Virus record (IMG/VR): IMGVR_UViG_3300021424_002547
Span: 35,686 to 99,685 of that record
Reading direction: 5' to 3' (one strand)
DNA from: a virus
DNA length: 64,000 nucleotides
Numbering within the stretch: position 1 is the first letter of the stretch; each line of letters begins with the position of its first letter. Below are positions 39,044-49,024 of this stretch, piece by piece. Position numbers and translations under genes: made by a program. The notes under the pieces were generated by a model. It searched no databases and had not been told where the DNA came from. It worked only from the letters and a program-made list of their open reading frames with translations.

Positions 39044-41533
39044 GTGGCAGTTACGTGGATTACTCCGGCAGGCGACCTAGGCACAGTCACTGAGCGACAG
39101 ATCTTAAACATCATTATACAGGCTACATCCGAAGAAGGATCGATTAGTTACTCTTTAATAGCAGGTAATTTACCTAGAGGACTTAGATTAGAATCGAGCA
39201 CCGGAACGATAAAAGGCAGCGCCACAGAAGTCCGACGATTCACTACCAGCAGATTCGTCATTAGAGCCAACGATGGTGCAGATATAGAAGACCGAACCTT
39301 TAGCATAAGTGTAGATGGATCCGACGTACCTCGATGGCTGACTGAACAGGGATTTCTAAAGGTTGGTAACGGAGATAATTATTTCGTTCTCGATAATGAG
39401 CAGGTAAATTTTGCCTTGTCGGCATTGGACTCGGATCTAATAGCAGGTGATACACTAGAGTATTATCTAATTCCCAACGGTGGAGATCTTCCCCCTGGAC
39501 TTTCTTTGAGTCGCGATGGCATGATATCTGGCTTCACTGATCCTATATTCGCTCTAGAAAATGTTACCGATCCTACCGGTGCGTTTGATACCAACGGATA
39601 CGATGTAACTTACTATGACAAACCAGAGGCTAGATCTAATGGTTTTGATACCTATCTCTACGACAATGTCACTTTCGATTACACAGAACCTAGCAGAGGT
39701 CCTAGACGCCTTAGTAGATTTTATACTTTCATCGTAGCAGTATCTGACGGAGTCAACGAAGTCCGTAGAGTGTTCCGTATCTGGGTGGTCACTGAAGAAT
39801 TCCTACAAGCAGATAACGGTATCATGCAGGTCGATACCAATCTATTCCGATCCGACAATACTGGCGATCGAGTACCCATATGGATCACTGACAGTTACCT
39901 AGGAAAGTATCGAGCAGACAATTACGTGACCGTGTTTATAGATGTCTATGATCCTCCTAGCCTTTCTGGGGTAATAACTTACTTTCTGCTGTCTACTAAT
40001 CCCGATGACGGATCTCCCAGCATTTTGCCTCCCGGATTACAGTTAGACACTATAACTGGAGAACTTGCAGGTCGAGTTCCATATCAAAACGCGGTAACTA
40101 AAACTTATAAATTTACCATGCAGGCCATAGACTTCCCTGCATCCTTGGCCACAACTACCTATACCTTTGTAGGCAATTGGAATTCCACCAGAGAATATTT
40201 TCCCGACGAAGCAGTGACTTATCTAGGTTTTATTTTTATCGCCTTGGAAAAAAATAGAAATGTCATTCCCGTAGAAGGAGTCACATGGAATCAAGCCGTG
40301 GCCACTGCGGAAAAAACTTTTACCATAGATATCATCGGAGAAATAGAAAGTGCTATATCATGGATTTCAGATTCGGATCGTGGATCGATTAGGCCTAATC
40401 AGCCCAGCACACTGTTCGTAGAAGCACGTAGTTTATACTATGGCGGCAAAGTAGTCTATGAGTTAACTGCGGGAACGTTGCCTCCGGGATTGATACTATT
40501 AAGCACCGGAATCATACAAGGAAAAGTAAAACAGTTCGCAGATGATCAAGGTCCGGGCATCATAAGATTTTATGAAAGAGTTGACAGCATAAATCTGTTA
40601 GAAGACAGCTCGAGTCTATCTAGAGATTACACATCGGCATCTTTTGATAGTGGATCTACTACATTTGATCGCAAATTCACCTTTTCGATCAAGGCCAGAG
40701 ACACTGCCAATTTCGCAGAAAACATCAAAAATTTCTCGGTATTCGTAGATACCCAAGTAGAAAAATCTTTCGCTAATCTTTATTTCAAGGCATTCCAGAA
40801 CAAAGAAAAAAGATTAGCATGGTACGATTTTATCACCAACAGCGATATTTTTAGAAGCGAGGAAATATATCGATACGGTGATCCTAACTTTGGAATACAA
40901 TCTGAATTACGTATATTGATCTACGCTGGAATAGAAAGCCTAGACGCTGTGAAATACGTACAGGCCATGAGTCGAAACCATTATCGGAAGCAGATACATT
41001 TTGGAAATCTTAAATTTGCCGTGGCCAAAGATCTCGTGACCCAAGAAACTATCTACGAAGTAGTTTACGTAGACATAGTAGATGATTTAGAGAAAGATGG
41101 AAAAAGCATCGGTCAGGTCGTTCATTTACCAGACAATATTAACAGCAGAGTATTAGTCAGTTATGATGCTATAAAAATAGACAGCGATATTCCATTAGTC
41201 AGCGATAGAGACCATCAACGTGTGTTTCCAAACAGTATCAAAAACATGCGACGTCGTATCAAGGCTCTAGGAGAGCGTGATCGCACTTTCTTACCTCTCT
41301 GGATGAGATCTATCCAGAGCGACAACTTTGTAGAAACTGGTTACGTGAAATCTTTGATACTGTGCTATCTCAGACCGGGATTCAGTGAATCTGTGATTTC
41401 AAGGATAAAATCTGTTAATTACGATTTCAAAAGCATAGATTTTACCGTGGATCGATATGTGATAGATATTTTAGACGGGCAGATAGAGGATAAATATCTT
41501 GCATTTCCGCAACGTGGAGAAAAATTACCGTGA
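39044..41533 (+). CDS. Baseplate wedge-like protein with repeated Ig-like (He_PIG-type) domains
   Basis: Four LP(R/P)GL.L...G.I.G repeats; C-terminal LPLWMRS...DRYVID. Confidence 0.75.
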   Translation: MAVTWITPAGDLGTVTERQILNIIIQATSEEGSISYSLIAGNLPRGLRLESSTGTIKGSATEVRRFTTSRFVIRANDGADIEDRTFSISVDGSDVPRWLTEQGFLKVGNGDNYFVLDNEQVNFALSALDSDLIAGDTLEYYLIPNGGDLPPGLSLSRDGMISGFTDPIFALENVTDPTGAFDTNGYDVTYYDKPEARSNGFDTYLYDNVTFDYTEPSRGPRRLSRFYTFIVAVSDGVNEVRRVFRIWVVTEEFLQADNGIMQVDTNLFRSDNTGDRVPIWITDSYLGKYRADNYVTVFIDVYDPPSLSGVITYFLLSTNPDDGSPSILPPGLQLDTITGELAGRVPYQNAVTKTYKFTMQAIDFPASLATTTYTFVGNWNSTREYFPDEAVTYLGFIFIALEKNRNVIPVEGVTWNQAVATAEKTFTIDIIGEIESAISWISDSDRGSIRPNQPSTLFVEARSLYYGGKVVYELTAGTLPPGLILLSTGIIQGKVKQFADDQGPGIIRFYERVDSINLLEDSSSLSRDYTSASFDSGSTTFDRKFTFSIKARDTANFAENIKNFSVFVDTQVEKSFANLYFKAFQNKEKRLAWYDFITNSDIFRSEEIYRYGDPNFGIQSELRILIYAGIESLDAVKYVQAMSRNHYRKQIHFGNLKFAVAKDLVTQETIYEVVYVDIVDDLEKDGKSIGQVVHLPDNINSRVLVSYDAIKIDSDIPLVSDRDHQRVFPNSIKNMRRRIKALGERDRTFLPLWMRSIQSDNFVETGYVKSLILCYLRPGFSESVISRIKSVNYDFKSIDFTVDRYVIDILDGQIEDKYLAFPQRGEKLP

Positions 41534-42114
41534 GCAACATCAATTATTTGAGCATAAATGAAAACTTTCCTGTGGCAGGAGAAGACAACGACACGCAGGT
41601 TTTCCGTGACAATTTTGACACGATTAAAACCAGTCTGCAAATAGCCAAAGACGAAATCACAGATCTAGAAGATAACGCAGCTAGATTAGACATAGATAAT
41701 GATTTCAATAGAACTCTCATAACTCGTGCGGTCATGCAGGACAACTACGAAAAAAGATTCGACGGAGGAACTGTTATTACTCCGTTGGTTGTGGATTTCG
41801 AGAATGGGTCGTATCAGATTTTTCGTTTTGGTGCAGATACTGTGATTGAGTTCCTTAACTTTCCGGACAGCAATACGTTACCTCCGAGCGTAGGTAAACT
41901 TACTTTAGAATTATACGGGGATGGCACGACACGAACTTTGACATTTAGTACCAGCGGTGGTACAGTATTGAAAAAGAATACCACATTTCCTGCACCTTTC
42001 ACCGTGACTAGCCAAGAATTGGCTGCAGGTGGCGGTAATCCAATTATCATAGAAGTGTGGCGACATAAATCGGATAGGATTTTCCTTAACTATCTAGGAC
42101 AGTTCTCGTCATAA
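41530..42114 (+). CDS. Virion structural protein
   Basis: FPVAGEDNDTQVFRDNF N-terminus plus coiled coil; last gene of the structural block. Confidence 0.65.
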   Translation: MSNINYLSINENFPVAGEDNDTQVFRDNFDTIKTSLQIAKDEITDLEDNAARLDIDNDFNRTLITRAVMQDNYEKRFDGGTVITPLVVDFENGSYQIFRFGADTVIEFLNFPDSNTLPPSVGKLTLELYGDGTTRTLTFSTSGGTVLKKNTTFPAPFTVTSQELAAGGGNPIIIEVWRHKSDRIFLNYLGQFSS

Positions 42115-42115
42115 A

Positions 42116-42352
42116 ATGTTCCATCCATTCGAACAGAATCTTTCTGACTTGAAAGATAATGAATTGGAAGAAAAAGTCCAAGAATTAACTAGAAAATACT
42201 ACCAAGCATACCGTCTGGGCAAGCCAGAACTGTTGACACAGATCTCTACTTTTGTTACAATATACAAAAACGAGTTATCTAAAAGATATCGTGAACGTAC
42301 ACAAACAGAACTTAATGGCGATTTGGATCAACTGATCAATGTCAACAAATAA
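42116..42352 (+). CDS. Small coiled-coil hypothetical protein
   Basis: Tightly packed ORF. Confidence 0.55.
   Translation: MFHPFEQNLSDLKDNELEEKVQELTRKYYQAYRLGKPELLTQISTFVTIYKNELSKRYRERTQTELNGDLDQLINVNK
42233..42261 (+). promoter_or_regulatory. sigma70-like promoter inside a CDS
   Basis: TTGACA-N17-TACAAT. Confidence 0.6.
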
Positions 42353-42812
42353 TTTAAATAATTTAACAGAAGCAGTAATGATACACGGTCCAGACATATT
42401 GTCTGATTGTGCGATCTCTGCTGAATATCTAACACAATATCTAGATAAAATCTCCGAAGAACGATTGCCTTATCCAATACCTTTGGCCCAAATAGATATC
42501 GAAAAATGGTTTATTCCCGATGAATATGCCGACATGGATATCGAAGAATTTTTGATCGGCATCTGTCCTGAGCAAAACTATGATAGATTAATCAGTGAAC
42601 TACACCTTTTTCGTAATCATAAAATGATCCCGATGCTGTGTGCGATGAAATATATAGTAGACACTCTGAGGAAAAATAACATAGTATGGGGCGTAGGACG
42701 CGGGTCTAGCGTGGCTAGTTATGTGCTCTTTTTACTAGGTGTGCACCGGATCGATAGTGTTAAATATAGATTACCAATAGAAGAATTCTTCAAGGAGATA
42801 CAAAATGGGTAG
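42339..42812 (+). CDS. Stand-alone fragment of the DNA polymerase III alpha (DnaE) palm region
   Basis: RL..EL..F...YIVD.LR.NNIVWGVGRGSSVASYVLFLLGVHRIDSVKY.L..E.F. Confidence 0.8.
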   Translation: MSTNNLNNLTEAVMIHGPDILSDCAISAEYLTQYLDKISEERLPYPIPLAQIDIEKWFIPDEYADMDIEEFLIGICPEQNYDRLISELHLFRNHKMIPMLCAMKYIVDTLRKNNIVWGVGRGSSVASYVLFLLGVHRIDSVKYRLPIEEFFKEIQNG

Positions 42813-43035
42813 AGTCTACACAAGCATGCAGGGCAAACCTATAGACATGGACAGATTATCGTTAAAAAACGAACTCACGCCTGCTATAGGAAATATGAAA
42901 GTCAATGCCAGGGGCGATGAACTAGGTCCCGGAGGACAGATTCTGAGAACCAAAGAACAGATATTACAGGATTATTACAAAAATAACCCTAGAGCATTCA
43001 AAGAAGAAGTTGTTACGAGAGGAAACAAAAAATAA
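42805..43035 (+). CDS. Hypothetical phage protein
   Basis: AIGNMKVNARGDELGPGG; AAGGAG RBS. Confidence 0.6.
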   Translation: MGRVYTSMQGKPIDMDRLSLKNELTPAIGNMKVNARGDELGPGGQILRTKEQILQDYYKNNPRAFKEEVVTRGNKK

Positions 43036-43394
43036 TGAATTCGTCGTATAACGTGAAAAATATCAAGATACGTGCGCTAGGCGATAATGTTATTGTGACT
43101 GGAATGAATTTTGGCGAAAGAAAGACGCAAGGTGGAATCGTGCTGCGCAGCGATGATGGCAAAACTCATGGTATCCGGCCACGATGGGGTCAGGTATACA
43201 AAATTGGACCGGAACAAACAGAAGTCAGCATCGGACAATGGATTCTGATAGAACACGGCCGATGGACTAGAAAAATCCGTATCAACGACGGAGACGGTGA
43301 AAAAGATATCTGGCGTGTAGATACTGATGCGATACTGGCCACGTCAGAGGACGCTCCTAGCGCAGATGCTGAACTCATTGTAGACAGTATCTAA
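43035..43394 (+). CDS. groES: GroES-like co-chaperonin (gp31 analogue)
   Basis: IRALGDNVIV, KTQGGIVL mobile loop, GQVYKIGP, ILA. Confidence 0.8.
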   Translation: MNSSYNVKNIKIRALGDNVIVTGMNFGERKTQGGIVLRSDDGKTHGIRPRWGQVYKIGPEQTEVSIGQWILIEHGRWTRKIRINDGDGEKDIWRVDTDAILATSEDAPSADAELIVDSI

Positions 43395-43395
43395 T

Positions 43396-43635
43396 ATGGG
43401 ATTGAAAAAAAACTGGGATGTTTTCGATATCGCTAATCAAATTAATGCATTAGCCAGAGAATGTTCCAGTTCATACAATGACGGATTTACATCATTTGAA
43501 TTTAAAAAAGATCTTTATCAAATCAAAAATGCTATAGATCATGCTCTTAAAATGGCTCCGGACTTTGGTGACATGGAGAAAGAGTGGTTGACAGATCAGG
43601 AGAAAAAGCGTATCATTAAGCACTTAAAGTCTTAA
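43396..43635 (+). CDS. Hypothetical protein
   Basis: Tightly packed ORF. Confidence 0.55.
   Translation: MGLKKNWDVFDIANQINALARECSSSYNDGFTSFEFKKDLYQIKNAIDHALKMAPDFGDMEKEWLTDQEKKRIIKHLKS
43588..43616 (+). promoter_or_regulatory. sigma70-like promoter
   Basis: TTGACA-N17-TATCAT followed by an AAGGAG RBS. Confidence 0.65.
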
Positions 43636-43644
43636 GGAGATACC

Positions 43645-44046
43645 ATGACCAATCCATTCCTGGATCAAGAAAAATTTATGCGGGCCTGCGGGCAAACGAT
43701 AGATCAGCGCAATGCCGATCAATTTAACATGTATCTTCAACTCATCGAAGAAGAAGCCGAAGAACTGAACCAGGCTATCAAAAACAAAGACAAAGTAGAA
43801 ATGTTAGATGCTTTGATCGATATGCTGGTTGTTACTATAGGTGCTATAAATTCTCTCGGCGCAGATGGCGAAGGTGCATGGAAAGAAGTAATGCGGACGA
43901 ATTTCTCCAAGATAGACCCCGAGACTGGTAAAGTCCGCAAACGTGAAGATGGCAAAGTCCTGAAACCAGAGGGCTGGTCTCCTCCGAATCTTAAACCATA
44001 TCTTAACAAAGAATCATCATATCTGCGCCAAGGATTCGAACCATGA
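43645..44046 (+). CDS. MazG-like NTP pyrophosphohydrolase (PRA-PH-like)
   Basis: LIEEEAEEL, DALIDML, NFSK, REDGKVLKP. Confidence 0.85.
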   Translation: MTNPFLDQEKFMRACGQTIDQRNADQFNMYLQLIEEEAEELNQAIKNKDKVEMLDALIDMLVVTIGAINSLGADGEGAWKEVMRTNFSKIDPETGKVRKREDGKVLKPEGWSPPNLKPYLNKESSYLRQGFEP

Positions 44047-44792
44047 CTGTGAACGTCTATTGGACTAGGTCAAATCCAGGGTGGGAAGATCTGCAAAAAT
44101 TAGGGTTTTCCTCAAGTACCTATATGAGTCCTATGCGGATTGAAGAACCAATATCTCTCACTAAACATCTAGATTATAAAAATTTCTTCGGTCCGCTTGT
44201 CAGTAAGTGCCCGGCGGTGATCGATGATCTAAAAAATACTTTCGTTATCAAGAGTCCTGTCGATCTTACTCTATACATCGAAAATAATTCTTTTAAAATC
44301 GATCATCAAGAACTAGATTTCGCACAGTCGTTCATAGGCGAACCACAAGGAAAATTTGGCATACACCAACTGTCTTTCTGTTACAATTTTTTCAGTGAAA
44401 AAAGTTTAACCATAACCCAATTACCTGCGTTCTACGACAGTAATAGTTTTACTAATAATACTTTCAGCATATCTGGCAGTTTTGATATAGGACGATGGTA
44501 CAGACCATCGGGCAAGCCCGCATTTATAATAAGGCCTGATACTAAAAAAATAACTATAAAACAGGGCGATGCATTGCTATACATAAAATTTAACACAGCA
44601 GATAAGATTAAATTGATCGAATTTGACGATAGCGAATTCTTATCGATGAAAGAACGTAGTCCTGAATGGATGTGCGGTACCTTAAAAAGACACACCAATA
44701 GCATCATATCTCTGTCGAAATGCTATGAAATATTCGATCAATATAAGATGCGCAGACGTATCATGAAAACAATAAAGAACAATTTAATTTAA
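44043..44792 (+). CDS. Hypothetical protein
   Basis: KCPAV...FVIKSPVD and IKQGDALL segments; AT-richer than its neighbours. Confidence 0.55.
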   Translation: MTVNVYWTRSNPGWEDLQKLGFSSSTYMSPMRIEEPISLTKHLDYKNFFGPLVSKCPAVIDDLKNTFVIKSPVDLTLYIENNSFKIDHQELDFAQSFIGEPQGKFGIHQLSFCYNFFSEKSLTITQLPAFYDSNSFTNNTFSISGSFDIGRWYRPSGKPAFIIRPDTKKITIKQGDALLYIKFNTADKIKLIEFDDSEFLSMKERSPEWMCGTLKRHTNSIISLSKCYEIFDQYKMRRRIMKTIKNNLI

Positions 44793-44803
44793 AAGGCATA
44801 ACG

Positions 44804-44830
44804 ATGAAAGAACTATGGGTGAAAAAATGA
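44804..44830 (+). repeat. Duplicated 5' end of the clamp-loader gene forming mini-ORF MKELWVKK*
   Basis: ATGAAAGAACTATGGGT identical at 44804-44820 and 45270-45286. Confidence 0.85.
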
Positions 44831-45273
44831 AAGTAGGTTTTACCTGTTCAACCTTTGATCTTTTTCACGCCGGACATATCATAATGTTGAAAGAAGCTAA
44901 GGGGCAATGTGATTATCTTATTGTAGGTTTACAAACTGATCCCACAATAGATCGACCTAAAGAAAAAAATAAACCTGTACAAAGTATTTTTGAAAGATAT
45001 GTACAACTACAGGCTTGTAAGTATGTAGACGAAATCGTAGTCTATGCTACAGAAAAAGATTTGATTGATATATTGCTTTCGTATCCAATTGATGTTAGAA
45101 TATTAGGCGATGAATACGAACATAAAAATTTTACTGGTAGACAGGAATGCATCACTAAAGGTATTAAATTTTATTTCAACAAACGAGAGCATACATTCTC
45201 TACTACAGAACTAAGGCAACGTGTTATCGATACAGAAGCAGAAAAATTTATAAAAAAGGCAGAAATTAAATGA
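44827..45273 (+). CDS. Glycerol-3-phosphate cytidylyltransferase-like (TagD family)
   Basis: FDLFHAGH (HxGH), LIVGLQTD, YVDEIV, STTELR. Confidence 0.85.
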   Translation: MKVGFTCSTFDLFHAGHIIMLKEAKGQCDYLIVGLQTDPTIDRPKEKNKPVQSIFERYVQLQACKYVDEIVVYATEKDLIDILLSYPIDVRILGDEYEHKNFTGRQECITKGIKFYFNKREHTFSTTELRQRVIDTEAEKFIKKAEIK

Positions 45274-46190
45274 AAGAACTATGGGTAGAAAAATATCGTC
45301 CTAAAACATTAGATGAATATGTCTGGAGAGACGAAGAACAAAAAAAACAAGTACAGACTTGGATCAAAGAAAAAAGCATTCCTCATTTATTATTAAGTGG
45401 TGCTCCGGGTATCGGAAAAACTACCATGGCCAAGATGCTGATTAACGAAATTGGAATCGAAGATTATGATGTGCTAGAAATCAATGCTTCCAGAGAACGT
45501 GGATTAGATCTCATGAAAGAAAAAATCACGAACTTTGTCAGCATGATTGCGTTTGGTCCTTTTAAAGTTGTGCTGCTAGATGAGGCAGATCGACTGACTC
45601 CGTTCGCGCAGGATGCTCTAAAAGGAGTCATGGAAGAATACAGCAATTTTAGCAGATTCATCCTTACCTGTAACACCCCTAGCATGATCGTTCCGGCCAT
45701 ACATAGCCGATGCCAACAATTCCATTTTACTAGATTAGATTCTGTAGAATTCACAGCCAGGGCCGCTACTATTCTAGTCAATGAAGGAATAGATTTCGAA
45801 CTAGATGTTTTAGACACTTACGTAAAAACAACATACCCAGATCTAAGAAAATGTATCAACTTGTTGCAGCAAAATAGCAGAGACAGTAAACTACATACAC
45901 CAAATCAAAATGATACTGGAACCTTAGAATGGAAATTCGATATGGTCGAACTATTCAAGGCAGGAAAAATCACAGAAGCACGTAAAATGCTCTGCGGCAA
46001 AGTACAGGCGGACGAAATCATCGAAATCTATAGATGGTTATACAATAATCTTGACATCTTCGGCAGTGAAGATAATCAGGATAAGGCTATATTGATCATC
46101 AAGCAAGGCCTCGTAGATCATCCCATATGCGCAGATCCAGAAATCAATCTGTCAGCCACTCTGATCAGACTGTCTAAATTAAATGCCTAA
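45270..46190 (+). CDS. Clamp loader ATPase subunit (T4 gp44 / RFC-small-like)
   Basis: WVEKYRP, GAPGIGKT, LLDEAD, SRC motif. Confidence 0.92.
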   Translation: MKELWVEKYRPKTLDEYVWRDEEQKKQVQTWIKEKSIPHLLLSGAPGIGKTTMAKMLINEIGIEDYDVLEINASRERGLDLMKEKITNFVSMIAFGPFKVVLLDEADRLTPFAQDALKGVMEEYSNFSRFILTCNTPSMIVPAIHSRCQQFHFTRLDSVEFTARAATILVNEGIDFELDVLDTYVKTTYPDLRKCINLLQQNSRDSKLHTPNQNDTGTLEWKFDMVELFKAGKITEARKMLCGKVQADEIIEIYRWLYNNLDIFGSEDNQDKAILIIKQGLVDHPICADPEINLSATLIRLSKLNA

Positions 46191-46674
46191 AAAAAGCAAT
46201 ATCGCTAAGGGAAGACACAGTTATGACTCTGAATTAAGCACTGGATTAGTGACTTTTTTTAACAAGAACGTGTCTCCATACCCGACAGATGTCGGCTCTC
46301 CTAGTTTTGATTTGGTTCCAGTAACCAAACAAAAAGATATAATGATCAACCATGCTAGATTATATGCGCAGCAAGAATATAATAGGATAATGGAATTGGT
46401 AGAAGTTTTACAAAAACAAGCAGCATCTATCAAACGCAGATTGGACGTCACTGATATGGTACATGCTGCCGAATATCATTTCCAAGTCACGATGGGGCAA
46501 TGCTATTGGTTAGTATGGGATAAAAGAAAACAAAAAATATTACTAGCAGGACTTGGTCCCGATCAGTGGAGTACAGGGGCGCCGGATGATTATGAATACC
46601 GACTCAGAGTAAAATATATGGGAGATCATACCTGGCTAGAAGTAGATAATTTAGGAAACCCTATAGATGGATAA
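46183..46674 (+). CDS. DUF2452-like protein
   Basis: PYPTDVGSPSF, coiled coil, GQCYWL, LGPDQW, DHTW. Confidence 0.6.
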   Translation: MPKKSNIAKGRHSYDSELSTGLVTFFNKNVSPYPTDVGSPSFDLVPVTKQKDIMINHARLYAQQEYNRIMELVEVLQKQAASIKRRLDVTDMVHAAEYHFQVTMGQCYWLVWDKRKQKILLAGLGPDQWSTGAPDDYEYRLRVKYMGDHTWLEVDNLGNPIDG

Positions 46675-46909
46675 CAGATACATGATAGTCTGCTATGTGA
46701 AAAAGCCAGACGGAAAATTCGACGAACTTACCGAATTTAAAAGGCATTATAGAACTAGCCATATACAAACAGCCAAAGTCATATTAGATCTCAAAGAAAA
46801 AAAAGTCATCAAGAATGGGCTTAATCCTCAAGCCACATTCGAAGATATGATCGAGTTTTATAAAAGGATGATAGGAGATCGATTGATCCCCCATCTACCT
46901 AAAGATTAA
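46667..46909 (+). CDS. Hypothetical protein
   Basis: Tightly packed; converges on phoH. Confidence 0.55.
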   Translation: MDNRYMIVCYVKKPDGKFDELTEFKRHYRTSHIQTAKVILDLKEKKVIKNGLNPQATFEDMIEFYKRMIGDRLIPHLPKD

Positions 46910-47643
46910 TCATCGCCGTATATAGACAAGATCTCCTTAACTGCTTCGTGTCGTTCGATATCACCTATAGTGAAATGACATAGATCTACGTATCTATGAT
47001 TTTCAAAATTATTATAGAGATTTAAAAACTCTAATAATCCGTTATTGCTAGGACGATCAGCCTGCTGTAGGTCACCAGTGACAACCATCTTAGATTCTTG
47101 ACCTAATCTCGTTAACAACATCTTCATCTGGCTAGGCGTAGCATTCTGCATCTCGTCGGCGATGATAACAGCGTTCTTGAATGTTCTTCCACGCATGTAT
47201 GCTAAAGGACTGGTTTCAATCACCCCCTCAAGTATCATATTAGTAATTTCTTTAGCATAATAATTTTCTGCGAAAACATCCATGATTGGTTTAGTCCAAG
47301 GTTCCATTTTCTGTTGCAAATCTCCCGGAAGAAACCCGTGTTCCTCATCCACCGATACAGCAGGTCTAGTAATAATAATCTTATTTGCATCGCCGTACTT
47401 GAGTTGATCTATAGCCCATTGCACCGCAAGCATAGTCTTACCTGTACCTGCAGGACCGATAGCGAAAATGATCATTTTCTGCGGATCGTTGAGTTTTAAA
47501 AGGTATGATTCTTGATTGAGGTTTTTTGGGTAGATCTGAACCCTGTGGCGTTTTTGATGTTGATTATCTACTAACTTAATGACATTTGACTGCTGTTCTT
47601 GATAAGAGTGAGACTTTTGTGCTACTGCTCTTTTTCGCTTCAT
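46906..47643 (-). CDS. phoH: PhoH-family ATPase
   Basis: GPAGTGKT, GFLPG, YMRGRTF, DEMQN, GDLQQAD, IERH. Confidence 0.95.
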   Translation of the reverse strand: MKRKRAVAQKSHSYQEQQSNVIKLVDNQHQKRHRVQIYPKNLNQESYLLKLNDPQKMIIFAIGPAGTGKTMLAVQWAIDQLKYGDANKIIITRPAVSVDEEHGFLPGDLQQKMEPWTKPIMDVFAENYYAKEITNMILEGVIETSPLAYMRGRTFKNAVIIADEMQNATPSQMKMLLTRLGQESKMVVTGDLQQADRPSNNGLLEFLNLYNNFENHRYVDLCHFTIGDIERHEAVKEILSIYGDD

Positions 47644-47784
47644 ATAAGGTTAGCCCTCCTTGTTAAGTGCTAGGCACGGACCTTGGACCGTAGTGCCCGT
47701 ACCGAGCACAAAAGTATTTAACAAAGTCTCTGAAAAGTTAACTGTAATGATAAACTATCGTCGATAAATACAAAGGGAGATATT

Positions 47785-48306
47785 ATGGCTGATATTAAAG
47801 ACGTTATACAAAATATAGAGCAGATCTACGGATCAAATAATAGTCTAAACATGCTTAAAGATTTTGAACGTGTCATAGACGAATTAGATGTCTATGTCTT
47901 TGACAATTGGATCGACGGTGAATTAATAGCAGGCCCGAAAGAAAGTCGTTATTTTGTAGAATGTACTTTTATGTGGCCTAAAGAAAAGATGCCGGAACCA
48001 ATCGGCGGGCAGAGATTATTAGATTACGGATGCAAGGTACAATTTGCAGAAAGCCAGATGGCCAAAGTGAGAAAAATTAAAACTCCAGATGATATACGTC
48101 CAGGCACCCGTAAAGGCAAAATTGACCAAGAAGATATCTGGATGGTTAAAATTATTATGCCTAAAAAATTAATGAACGACATCAATAGAGGATATAGAAC
48201 TCTAGATAAAAATAAAGTAGAAGATATTCTCAATCAAAACAATGTTGTTAATGTCCAACCAGAACCTACACAGGAACCAGCAAATGCAGAACAACCTGCC
48301 GCTTAA
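47785..48306 (+). CDS. Hypothetical phage protein
   Basis: TAAATA plus GGGAG RBS; DFERVIDELDVYVFDNW. Confidence 0.65.
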   Translation: MADIKDVIQNIEQIYGSNNSLNMLKDFERVIDELDVYVFDNWIDGELIAGPKESRYFVECTFMWPKEKMPEPIGGQRLLDYGCKVQFAESQMAKVRKIKTPDDIRPGTRKGKIDQEDIWMVKIIMPKKLMNDINRGYRTLDKNKVEDILNQNNVVNVQPEPTQEPANAEQPAA

Positions 48307-49024
48307 TGAAGGTCTGAGATCCAGTGATCTCAAAGAGATGGTATATAATACTTTAGAGATCGACACTTATAGATCTAAGATGGGTGAGGATCGAGATGTC
48401 TGCGTTTTAAGTTTTAAAGTCAAAGATCGGGCACCGGCTAAAGATCTAATGGAGTTTATAGAAAAAGGCTACAACTTCGTGTTAGATGCCGATGTCAGTT
48501 CCGGTGAAAACAAAAACGGTGAATATTTCGTTTTCGTAGAATTAGACCGCACAGAAAAACTCGCAGAACAGATACAAGAATTAATGTATGGCATCAAAAG
48601 GCTCACAGAGATAGATTCCTATAAATTTAAGTATCACAAAAACGACAAAGAGCATGAATTAACCACAGAATCGATCAAATCGTTCGTTCCCAATACTCCG
48701 GTAGACTACGAACGTACCATGAATAAATTACAGGTAGAAAATTATAAAAGATTTTTTAATAAGACACTCATGGACGATCTTAGTTTAGAAAAAGATATTA
48801 TTACTTTTTATAAACCTTTTGACAAATCATATAAGTTTAAAATAATCGACGATCAGGATATCACACCTATAGCAGAGGGGGCGATATCATTAGACGAAAA
48901 ATCTGTTGGAGAAACATTTTGGCTTACTAAAATGTTTGGAGATTATAATATCGCTAAAATAGGTGAAAACTTTCTATTCACCAATGGCGATAAATCAATT
49001 TTATTACAAAGGATCGAACTATGA
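48284..49024 (+). CDS. Hypothetical phage protein
   Basis: Likely start MQNNLPLNE; LDADVSSGE. Confidence 0.6.
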   Translation: MQNNLPLNEGLRSSDLKEMVYNTLEIDTYRSKMGEDRDVCVLSFKVKDRAPAKDLMEFIEKGYNFVLDADVSSGENKNGEYFVFVELDRTEKLAEQIQELMYGIKRLTEIDSYKFKYHKNDKEHELTTESIKSFVPNTPVDYERTMNKLQVENYKRFFNKTLMDDLSLEKDIITFYKPFDKSYKFKIIDDQDITPIAEGAISLDEKSVGETFWLTKMFGDYNIAKIGENFLFTNGDKSILLQRIEL

